From Azolla caroliniana (lineage: Eukaryota > Plantae > Polypodiophyta), in contig JBHGNT010000008.1 in the NCBI GenBank assembly GCA_043228905.1, positions 6,200,001 through 6,264,000 on the forward strand: DNA of 64,000 nucleotides, in the 5' to 3' direction. Both the position numbers and the translations under genes were made by a program. This document shows positions 12,419-23,731 of this stretch, in pieces; positions within the stretch are counted from its first letter, which is position 1, and every line of letters starts with the position of its first letter. The notes under the pieces were generated by a model, which was not told the DNA's origin, did not search any database, and saw only the letters and a list, made by a program, of their open reading frames with translations.

Positions 12419-15400
12419 TGTGAATGTAAACGTGTGGAAGCATTAGACAGAACCGGCTCAACCGGATAGCAATAGAGAATAAGAGGTTTAATGGAGAAGC
12501 TTAATACACAGAGAGAGTATACACAGGAGAGACAGAGAGAGTAGAACATAAACGTTTATTCAAAATAACTCTACAACTCTGTACATACAACGTGCTAAAC
12601 AACACTATTTATACAAGTCCATAAAGAACTAATAGAAATATTGACAGGTACTTCAATATTCCTACGTGCGACTGACACTAACTACGAGACAATGATTACC
12701 TAGTAGTCTAGGCTACTACTAGGCTTCCGGTTCCCGCTCGAATCCGGCTCTCCGATCCGTCTCCCCGATCTGGCTGGTTGTTTCTGGATACCATCCAGAT
12801 ACCGATCCGGCTCAGGCTTCTTCAGCTGATTCGGATCCGGTTGAGCTTGCTCGCTCAACACTCCCCCTCAAGCTCAACTTGAGGTCGGATCATGGTGTTA
12901 GTGTCCGTGGCAGCCGATCATTCCACCTGACTCCTTCTCGCGTCGTCACGCCTTGCTTGCGCTCCTCGTCCAGTTCGGTTCTGCTTCCCACGATCCGTTT
13001 GGTACTGCGCGCCTCGACCTCCTCGGTCAGCTTGTCTGCTCAACAGGCCCATTTCAGCTCCCTCGCTGTTGCGACTCTGGCACATGTTGACCCGTTGGTT
13101 CCTTCGTGTTGGCGTCGACTTCTGCCGTGTCCATGTCCGCTTGGCCTTTAGTTGATCCGGCTTCTCCGAATCTTGAACTGAATCGGTTTCCTTTGATTCA
13201 TTCCAGCTCTTGTCCAAATCAGTGTTCTCCAACTCGTCTTTTGGTTTCATGCCATGCACCATATCAGACCATGTCCGGGTCTTGGCCTTCTCCTTCCGGT
13301 CGGCTCTGTCCTTCTTGACTCTGCCGCCGCTGCCACTCGTTCTGACTTGTTCAGATGTGCCGACTTCCTTCGTCGACTTGGCTTCCTTTGTCCCTTTGTC
13401 CCCCCCTTTGTTGGTTCTTTCTTCCTCTCCGGCTCCTTGTCCAGTGCCATCTGTTCCCTTTCCTTTTCTCCCCCTCAAGTGCGGCATGTCGAGATGCTGA
13501 ACACCAAGCATTTCGGTGAAGTGCTGCAACTTGTCTGATCCAAGCGGTTTGGTGAAGATATCGACAACTTGCCGATCCGTCTGAACATACCGAAGTTCAA
13601 CTTCACTGCTCAAAACCCGCTCACGCACGAAGTGATAATGCACTTCTATGTGCTTCGCCCGAGCATGGAACACGAGGTTCTTGGTGAGCTGAATGCTGCT
13701 CATGTTGTCACAGTAGATTAGGATCGGGGTTGGTACCTCAATCCGTAGATCTTGCATCAGTCGCCGAAGCCAAATGGCTTCACAGGTGGCATTGGTAGCG
13801 CCCCGGTATTCAGGCTCAGTGCTCGATAGAGCCATTGTTGGCTGCTTTTTGCTGCTTCACGCAACAACCGCACGACCTAGAGAAAACATGTAACCAGAGG
13901 TGGATGGGAGATCCGATGCATCACCAGCCCAGTAGGCATTGGTATATCCAACTAGCTTCCCAACTATACCGTGTCAGTATAACAATCCCTGATCCTTCGT
14001 GCCGCTAACATACCAGAGTATCCGGTGTGCACAGTGAAGGTGCTCGACGGTCGGCTTCTGAATGAACTGGTTGACCACTCCGACCAGGTAATTGAGGTCG
14101 GGTTGAGTGATTGTCAAGTATATGAGGTTTCTGACAATTTGTCGGAACCATTTCTCATCACAGGCCGGTTCGGAGTTGGGATAGAGCTTCTAGTTCCGGT
14201 CCAGGGGTGTGGAGATAGGTCGGCATTCCGTCATGCCGAACTTGTACAACATATTCAACACATAATGTCGTTGTGAGAGCAATATGCCGTCGGGGGTTCG
14301 GATCACCTTGATCCCAAGGAAATAATGAAGGTCCCCCAGGTCCTTCATTTCAAATGCATTCGATAGTTGGGACTTTACTCGGCCGATTTCATTGAGTCCG
14401 GGTCCGGTGATGACTAAATCATCAACATAAAGTAGGATGCAAACCGGACTGTCTAGACCTTGCCGAATGAACAACGATGAGTTGGATTTAGAGGTCACAA
14501 ACCCCATCTTATGCAACTGGTGCGTAATCTTCGAATTCCAAGCTCGGGGGTTTGTTTCAGACCATAAAGTGACTTCTTAAGCCAACACACCGCTGACTTG
14601 TTCATCTCCGACTGAAAACCGAGAGGTTGGATCATATAGAGCCGTTCTTCAAGGTCACCTTGAAGAAACACATTCTTCACGTCCATCTGGTGAAGATGCC
14701 ACCCCCTTACCGCAACAACCGATAGTACCACACGAACTGTCGTTATCTTCGCTACTAGAGCGAATGTCTCGTCGTAATCGATTCTATGGGTCTTCGCGTA
14801 TCTCTTCGCCACTAACTGGGCCTTGTACCGGTTAACCGAACCGTCGACATTGTACTTTACCTTGTACACCCATTTGCAACCTCTCGGTTTACAGTGTCGG
14901 GGAGGGTCAACGAGGTCCCATGTGTCATTGGCATCGAATGCCCGCATTTCTTCTTCCATAGCGGCACGCCAATTTGCATCCTTTGCCGCTTCTGCGTAGC
15001 TCTCTGGCTCACGCACTTCCGCTACTTTGGTCATGTACGCATAGTGATGCGCCATGTACTCATTGTACCCGTACCGCGTAACGGGGTTCTTCAGGCGGGA
15101 GGACCGACGTAACTTGGTATCACCTAGTTTGGGGCCCTTCTTGGCTAGTTCGGACTTCGTTCCGAAGATCCACCTTCATCCTTTCCGGAGTCGTATGCAC
15201 TCCGATCCGACTCAATGTTGCCGGCTTCGTATTCCGACATCTTCTTCTTCCCCTCTCTTTGCGCGTGAACCGTCTCTTTGGTTCCTTGCGCGGGGAGAGT
15301 ACGGCAAAGTCTCCACTACTCGCCAGTTCTTCATCCGACTGGTCACTTTGACCCAATCGCTCATTCGGTCCGCTCAACTGAAACGATTCCGGACTCTCTT

Positions 15401-18311
15401 CTAGAGTCTCCATCTCATCATCTTCTATCTGGACCTCCTCGGGCTCACTAGCCTCATCTTCCGGAATCGGGTCTTCATCGGGAGTTGGAGTGGGTAAGGA
15501 GTACCATGATGCTGTCTCATCAAACTCGACATCCGGCTTACTCGGACCTGCTTAGTCCGAGGGTTATAGCACTTATACCCCTCCTACTCATGCGAGTAGC
15601 CGACTAGGATGCACTTCTCTGACTTCGGATTTAGCCTTTTCCGCTTCTCATCCGGTACATGCACATATGCTATGCTACTGAATATCCGAAGGTGTCTCAA
15701 ATTCGGCTTGCGCCCGAAATACAGCTCGTGTGCTGACACATTGTCACCGATCCGGATTTGGATGTAGACGGCCATCCGGACCTCCTCAACCCAGTAGAAA
15801 TGGGGCATGCTCTTCTCCTCCAGCATTGCCCTTGCCCCGTTGACAATAGACCGGTTCTTCCTTTCAGCCACACCGTTTTGCTCCGGTGTGTACTTGCAGC
15901 TGAATTCTCTCCGAATTCCGTTCTGCTGTAGATAACTGTTGAATTGGCCGGAAAAGTATTCTTTCCCGCCATCCGACCGCAGACACTTGATCTTCCTCTC
16001 CGTTTCCCGTTCAACCAAGCTTTGAAGGTTCCGGAAACACTCGAAGACTTCGCTCTTCCTCTGAATGAGGTAGATCCACGTGTGCCGACTGTAGTCGTCG
16101 ATGAAGGAGACGAAGTACCGACTCCCACCAAGACTAATGTTTTGTGGCGGTTCCCATACATCTGGATGGATTAAATTGAGCTTGTTAGGGCGCCAATTTC
16201 ATTCGGTGGGGAATGGAAGCCGATGTTGCTTCCCGAGTTGGCAGGCTTCACAAATTTCGGCAAACCGAAGACAACTTGTTTCAATTGCAGGTCCTGAAGC
16301 CTCCGGTAGTTGACTTGGCCGATCCGCTTGTGCCACAGGTCGATGTCTGACTCGACCTTCTGCCCTTTGGCAAACATGGCGGTGCCAACGTCATTGGTGT
16401 TGAGGATGAACATCCTCCCTTCTCTGCGCCCTTGCACAAGTATCCAACCTTGTTCCTCGATGAAGCACCCTAGGTGCGTAAACCGCACCTGCATCCCTTG
16501 GTCGATGACTTATCCAACTAACATCAGGTTCTTTGTGATAATCGGAACATGTAGTACGTTCATCAGCTTCCCCTTTTGTCTGACATGGCTTAAAAGGACT
16601 TCTCCGACATGCACAATCGGGTGAGGGGTGTCGTCTCCGGTTTCGACAATCCCCGGTTGTTCTAGCTTCTCCAAAAAAGAGAACCACTCTTCATGGCTCG
16701 TCATGTGGTTGGACACTCCGGAATCAACGTACCATACCTCCTCCGATTTTGAAGTAGTCTTCTTCATCGAGTTAGCCTTGTGCTTCATCATGAAGGCTAG
16801 CCATTTACCGGTTTTCTCGGTTCCGAATCCTTCCGATCCTTCCGCGTAGTGCGAGCTTTGCCGGTTCTCTCGACCGGTTTTGCAGGATCCAGATTTGTCC
16901 GAATCGGCGCGCTTCTTCCAACACTCGCTTTCCTTGTGGACCTTTTTGCCATAGTACGAGCATTCTGTGTCGCCCTTTCCTTGACGGTTCCCGGTGCCGC
17001 TTTGATTCCCCCTGCTAGTGGAGGGTTTGGAACTGCTGTCTGCACCACCTCTGTGCCTCCGATCTTGCTCTTGCCGGCCGCCTCCATTGCGTGCCTACCC
17101 AACTCGTCCACCACGTCCATGGGGCCGATCTATCTCTGTGTACAACATCTGACCGTCCGATTGAATGGTCCTTGACCCACTTGCATGGTTTTCTTCGACC
17201 ATCAACATCGATTGCAAGTCGAAGAAAGATAGTGGTTTCTCCTGGGTGTAGATCGCTATCCGGATTGGCCCGTACCTTTGCGCTAGACCACCGAGGTAGA
17301 TTTGTACCATCTTGTCTTCATCCACCATCACGTTGATGAACCCGAATGCATCGCAAATCTCATTTATCTTGGTGGTGTAATCTGTAACCGACATGTCTCT
17401 TTGTCGGATGTTGTTCAACTCTTGCCGGAGCTGCAACTTATGGGCTGTGGTACTTGCAGCAGAAATCTTCCTCAGATTTCCCAGTCCTCCTTCGGCTTCT
17501 TTGCATCCTTGATGTAGCCGAGCATCTGAATGTGTACACGGGACGTGAGGTAGTACAATACTTGGCTCGCTCCTTTCTCCCATACCGGGAAGTCCTTGTG
17601 TGACGACTCCGATGCTACTTCATTTGTTCCTTCCACGAAGCTCCAATATCCATTCCCCAACAAGTATTGGTGCATTTTATATGACCAGGATGCGTAGTTG
17701 CTCTAGTTGAGCTTCTCTGTTGGAAGTGAACTCGCCATTCCTCTGTCCATATCTTCTCTCTATCTGTTGTTACCAGGTTCTAGGGTTCGTCTACGGAAGC
17801 AAGTGTCGGCTGCAGAGGTTCTCAAACCTCACGCTCTAATACCATGTGAATGTAAACGTGCGGAAGCGTTAGACAGAACCGGCTCAGTCGGATAGCAACA
17901 GAGAATAAGAGGTTTAATGGAGAAGCTTAATACATAGAGAGAGTATACACATGAGAGACAGAGAGAGCAGAACGTAAACGTTTATTCAAAATAACTCTAC
18001 AACTCTGTACATATAATGTGCTAAACAACACTATTTATACAAGTCCATAAAGGACTGATAGAAGTACTGACAGGTACTTCAATATTCCTACGTGCGATTG
18101 ACACTAACTACGAGACAATGATTATATAGTAGTGTAGGCTACTACTAGGCTTCCGGTTCCCGCTCGAATCCGGCTCTCCGATCCTTCTCCCCGATCTGGC
18201 CGATTGTTTCCAGATACCATCCGGATAACGATCCAGCTCATCCTTTCGGATGCTGATCCGGCTTAGGCTTCTTCAGCCGATCCGGATCCGGTTGAGCTTG
18301 CTCGCTCAACA
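12419..18311 (-). mobile_element. Copia-2: full-length, decayed Ty1/copia element (family 2, with a 3' Pol extension)
   Basis: LTRs 12419-12860 and 17845-18311; TSD CATTG at 12414-12418 and 18312-18316; PBS TGGTATTAGAGC at 17844-17833; PPT at 12861-12872. Confidence 0.96.
12918..17750 (-). pseudogene. Copia-2 gag-pol pseudogene
   Basis: WYVDSG protease, LRSDGGKEY integrase, LLYVDDL RT and KHIEVHYHFVRE RNase H, in several frames. Confidence 0.9.
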
Positions 18312-18514
18312 CATTGCAATGGTGACAATGCTAGAGATGAACCCACCAACACTCTAGTTGCAAGTTTGCCCGCACACCTTGTAGCTTACCCAAACCATGT
18401 CTAGGAAAAATAAAAAATAGAAGACTACATCAAACTACTCAACAAGAGGAAGATCAACCACCGTCCAATCTACCAAGCTTAGATTTTGACCAACTCAATG
18501 ATTGGGTCAATGTT

Positions 18515-18576
18515 CCTCCCCATTAGTGCTTCTTTATGGGGTGGAAATATGATAGTGGTTGTAGCATCCCTAAATC
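18515..18576 (+). mobile_element. LINE RT C-terminal relic, left part
   Basis: Reads PLVLLYGVEI*..GCSIPKS and continues in frame at 32796 once Copia-3 is removed. Confidence 0.6.
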
Positions 18577-18707
18577 TGTGGAAGGTTTGGTAGGTGTGTG
18601 TGTATGCGGAAGCATATGAGAACCTGTTTGTGTACTCGGAAAACAACACAGAAAGGGAGGAAGGCAGAGAATTACACAGAAACGAGCTTTGATGGAAACC
18701 TTTATTA

Positions 18708-18742
<35 letters not shown>

Positions 18743-20140
18743 AAAGACTTGATACAATGTGGATTTGTATACTTTACAACGTTAGGTTATTGCTTATATA
18801 CTAAGCCCTAACTATGTGGACGAGTTCACACTGGGACAGATACAAATAGGAAGGAGTAGGCCTTTTATGCTAACAAACTCCCTTGTAAAAGGACTATTCT
18901 TTCTTGCGTATACAAATATTTGGGGTTATCTCCCCCGTAAATCTAGATTGAAACAAGATTATCCTAAATTTACATTACAAGTCAGTCGGCATGTGGCCGA
19001 GTTGGCAAAGGTATAGTAAGTGTAGATATTGTTGTTCCGATTAGGTCTTACCTATTGTTCCTCGTTCGGCTTTCTTCTGCTCGGTCGCTTGTTGTAGTCC
19101 CATCTTCGTCCTTAGTGCTTCGAAGCGTAGATCTGGGAGTGACTTTGTCAGGAAATCGGCGATGTTCACCTCGGTGCTGATTTTCCAAACTTCGAGCTTC
19201 TTCTCGGTTACGAGCTTGTGGATGTGATGATACCACACCTCAATATGCTTCGTCTTTGCGTGGTAGACGGGATTGTTGATGAGATGTATTGCGCTCTGTG
19301 AGTCGCAATGGATGGTTGGCGATAGTCGATCGTTTTTGCTTGTATCTAAGAAGTCGGTGCAACCAGATCACTTCCTTTGCTGCTTCCGATGCCGCTATGT
19401 ACTCGGATTTTGTGGTAGACAGAGTCGTGCACTCTTGAAGTTTCGACCTCCATGATATTGCACCACCACCATTGGTGAAGATGTAGCCTGATGTCAATTT
19501 CCAATTATCTGTATTTCCAGCATAGTCGGAATCGGTGTAGCCTTCAACTTCGGTTGAGGTAGTCAAACTGAAAGTTAGCTGTGCTTGACGGCTTGAAGAT
19601 GTGCTTGACGGCCTCCCAATGCTTCCGTCCTAGGTTGGACATGTACCGGCTGACCACCCCTACGACATAGGCTAGGTCGGGTCGGGTCGCCACCATTACG
19701 TACATGATACTTCCTACAACTGATGCATAGGGCAACTTTCCGTTAAGCTCTCTCTCCTTGTTCGTTGAAGGAGAGTCTCTGTCCGATAGTCGGATTGACG
19801 TTGGAAGCGGTGTTGGTGCTGGCTTCACATTCTCCATGTTGAAGCACTTCAGCACCATCTAGATATAGTTAGACTGGGAGAGTCGGAGAGTCTTGATCGT
19901 CCGATTTCGCTCGATCCTCATGCCCAGTATGTGTCGGGCTTGTCCAACTTCCTTCATCGTGAACTTGTCGTAAAGGCTCCACTTCAGCTTTCCGATCTCT
20001 GCTTGATTGCTTCCTGCAATCAACATGTCGTCCAAGTTTTTGTAGTGTAATTCGTACACTACGTGAAATATGTTAAAAATATATCCGATTGTAGTACGCA
20101 TAAATAAATAAAAGAAAAATATTAAAAATATTTTAACATG

Positions 20141-20255
20141 CATAGGACAGGATTCGAACCTTGTACCTCCATGTTAACGATTTTAAGCCTTACCACAGGA
20201 TTCGAACCTTGTACCTCCATGTTAACGATTTTAAGCCTTACCACTGTACTAGCAT
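20141..20255 (-). promoter_or_regulatory. tRNA-like Pol III A/B-box cassette in the Gypsy-A 5' LTR (B-box segment duplicated, 48 bp)
   Basis: Minus strand: A box TAGTACAGTGG (20251-20241); B boxes GGTTCGAATCC (20208-20198, 20160-20150); 43-nt A-to-B offset. Confidence 0.7.
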
Positions 20256-22221
20256 AATATGAGTTTTAATGTTATACTAAACTTTATCCCATCTAAATAT
20301 TCTAGATAAGCATGATAGAAAAAGTTATTCATGCATACACACTCGAGTTAAAAGAAAAGATGTTATAGATAGCTAATCATGCACATGTAGTGTGCATGAA
20401 AACTAAAGTTAGAAAAAGCATGATGCTTGCATGTGATAAACTTAGACTCTTCTATCACTATATAAGGAAGAGAGAAAGATGTATATGGTTGTTGATTTTT
20501 TATAAGGGTTGATTAATACAAAATATTCGTGGGATTCATGATTTTGCAATCTAATTCTCTCTTACAATCTAAGTATCAATTAATACACTATACTCGTGGG
20601 ATTCACAAGTTTCATATCTCCATCTTGCAATCTTTTCTTAACTAACAATATCTCATATTCTTCTTTCTCCTAGTCCAAAATCCCAGCGGTTCCCACCCGA
20701 CTCACGCAAACGATCTGGCGCCGAAAGGCACGACACAAGTGGTGAACCTGACGTGAAACTCGGATGGCAAGGAGATGGAAAATCAACCGGAAACTAACAA
20801 CATGATGGCGATGTTCGAGCAGATGCTACAAGAACAACGCGCGATGTCGGAGATGGCAGCAGCAGTAGAGCGGCTCGTTCAGCGGAGCGGGCAATTCAAC
20901 GGGAAGGATGTGTCACGATATTTGTGGGATTACAAGGCGGAAATGCTACGTTGCGGAATATCGGAAGGATTGCAGGTGACATCCTTCAATCGGGTGGCTA
21001 CGGACGAGATTTAAAGGAGTATCCACGGGATACGACAACAGAATCCAACGTGGGAAACATTTGAAGAAGCGCTAAAGACCACGTTCGCCATCGAGGACTC
21101 CTCCAAGGCAACGCGGAGGGGATTTGAAGATTGGGTGGAAACGCCAGACAAGGGGCTGAAGGTCCTCGATGTGTTTTCGGCATTCAAAAGTCGGTTTGGG
21201 AGGTTGTCCGCGAGATATCAAGCCATCCTCACATCGAACAAAGTGATCATGTTCTTACGAGCCGTGGATGTCCGGGACTGGAAAGATCTTGGAATGCTTC
21301 TAGAGGACACCACTACTGAGAGTGGCCTCACCAATACATGGGAAATTGTGCGGGATATCGTCGCGCGATACACAAAGAGGGGGCAATGGCTTGGTAGTGA
21401 AGAAAAGAGGGTTTCAGAACCAATTCCGAAACCAAGATCCGGATCAGAAGACCATCAACTGTGGGCTCGGGAGACTACGACCAAGAAGGGAATCGATGCA
21501 ACCACGGTGGAGTAGTTGCTAAAGGAGGTGGAGAATCTGAAAATCGCGATGGTGAAGAAGTCGGATGACCGTCCCACAAGTTCCAAGTATATGGACCGTC
21601 GATGCATATGGTGCGATAGCACCGAACATGATAGGAGGGATTGCGACGAGCACAAGGAGGCGCTACGACGGGACCTTATCTACTACGAGGGAAATCAGAT
21701 TCATTTGATGGACTCTCGGAAGCCACTCCGACCGAACTTTCGAAAAGGCGGCATGAAGACGGTCCTAAAGGAGGAAATAGCGGCAAAAAGCAATTATGTG
21801 ACAACCACGGGGATATGTGTGGGTGAGTCATCTGGAGCAAAGTCGTCTTTTTGGCGGGAAGTGCTAGAAAACCCCGAGAAAACTGACTCTAATGAGATCC
21901 AAAGCACCGCGGAAGGCATCCGAGAAGCTACGGGATGGGAGTGCCCCGTTGATAAGAATAGCGTGTACGCCCTATGCCAATTACATGAGGTGTATGTAGA
22001 TGAGAAACGACGGCGCACAAATGATGTAGTCAGACCATCAAAGATGCCAGAGAGTTGGAACTTTGAAGGGAAGGGAGTGTCATGATATGGCAAGACTTGA
22101 ACCCATGACCTTATGCTACATGGGTCGAGCTCTTACCATTAGACTATGAATTGTATTTTGTAAGATATTATTTTCATTTATGCTTTATCATAGAAAATTG
22201 ATGTATATTCCAGATCTCTTT

Positions 22222-22267
22222 GGAACATTCTAGAAGCTTCAGGATTATTCCTAAAAACACTATAAAA
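22222..22267 (+). promoter_or_regulatory. Perfect 4-unit heat-shock element plus TATA box in the Gypsy-B LTR (HSE also at 27367-27386 and 62557-62576)
   Basis: GAAcaTTCtaGAAgcTTC, about 20 nt upstream of TATAAAA (22261). Confidence 0.75.
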
Positions 22268-22573
22268 GGAGGCACAAGGCATTGTTTTGAACCAAATTGG
22301 TTCAACACCAGTCTTAAGCCTCTTAGTCGATTTGTACTTATCTTTCATATAATATAAGCGCTGCTGTCATCATCCTATTTCTCTCTCTCTCCTCTTCTCA
22401 CTTCCTCTCTCTCGGGAATCTTACGCAGTCTTGTCCTCTTAGTACTAATAGTACTACTCTTCTTAGTACTAATTCCATCTCTTCTTTAGTACTATTCCTG
22501 ACAGTTTGAACCAATTTGCTTCCTCCAACCTACTTGTTGTTCTCCCTCATCCTCCTATCCTTTTCCCCCTACT

Positions 22574-23731
22574 ATGGCTATTGTTAGCGCCTAAGAATAT
22601 CAATCCGTTTTCTCCGAGTTACAGTGCGTAAAAGAAAAGTTTGTTGCCCTGGAACAAGAAAACCAACGGCTGATAGGGGATCTGCAACAAATCGCTCTAG
22701 AAAAGCCACAAACGCAGCAACAACATGGGGAGTTAATGTTACGGGTGCAGCAACTCGAAGCGGCATTGCAACAACAAGGATCAAGTCCCCAAGGATTTCA
22801 TAAAGAGCCGAAGATTGGACTTCCTGTGAAATTTGATGGAACGTGATCACAATTCAGGGGATTCCTTAATCAGATACGATTAGTCCTCCAAATGCATCCT
22901 TCCCGATACCCCACTGATGCATCCCGAGTCGGTTTAATAGGCACGTTGCTTAGCGGCTTAGCCTTAGCATGGTTCGCTCCGCTTCTAGAAAAACAATCGC
23001 CCTTGCTTAATAACTTTGAAGATTTTATTAGTGAGTTCAAAGCCTGCTTTGGAGACATCGACAACATCAGGACGGCGATCAACAAGATCCGGCAATTGCG
23101 TCAAGGCGATCGTCCAGCCTCTGCCTATGCGGCAGATTTCCGCCTACTTGCTTCCGACATACCCTGGGATGATCAAGCACTAATGGAGCAGTTTCGCTAT
23201 GGCCTGCGAAATGATGTCAAAGATCTACTTCTAACCTTCCCTGAAGAACCAAAGTCTCTTACGGAGGCAATCAGTCGAGCGGTCCGATGTGACAACCGCC
23301 TCTTCGAACGGCATTCGGAACGACAATTACAGATACCACGCGCTAGGCCGGAGCCCACTTACGCCGCAGTCGCGGCTAGACCATTTGCATGAGACATTCC
23401 TCAAGCAAATACTTCGACACCGATGGAGATCGATACCATGCATCGACGCGGCCCGTTATCGGAAGAAGAAAAGCAACAGCGACGTGCAAATCAATTATGT
23501 CTTTATTGTGGTGGACCAGGGCATATCGCAATCAATTGTCCCCATAGGCCAAGAAGACAGGTAAATCAAATTGTAGCCTGTACTAAACCCGAGTCAATTC
23601 TTCCCTTAGGAGTGTCTGATAGTATTAATAGTACTAATAGAGTGTTTGATAGTATTCATAGTACTAATAGCCCAAGTATCTCAAATAAATTTGAAATCCT
23701 TAGTCAATTAGATGAAGAGTTAAACGATTGA
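22574..23731 (+). pseudogene. Gypsy-B1 gag
   Basis: Retrotransposon-gag-type sequence (ALAWF..., LRQG..., FRYGLR), PMEID and a CCHC knuckle; premature stops. Confidence 0.9.

Noticed and set aside
12879-13151. Conserved antisense ORFs (MRSD...) in family-2 copia tails (also 52329 and 57251)
   Set aside because: They begin at TTG, vary in length and are explained as shadows of the purine-rich sense frame.
17833-17844. Variant PBS TGGTATTAGAG in two family-2 copies as a novel primer
   Set aside because: A single C>T in a CAG context of the standard tRNA-iMet PBS; most simply recurrent deamination.
20141-20255. Genuine tRNA genes in the LTRs
   Set aside because: No convincing anticodon or acceptor stems; only the A/B boxes and their spacing are tRNA-like.
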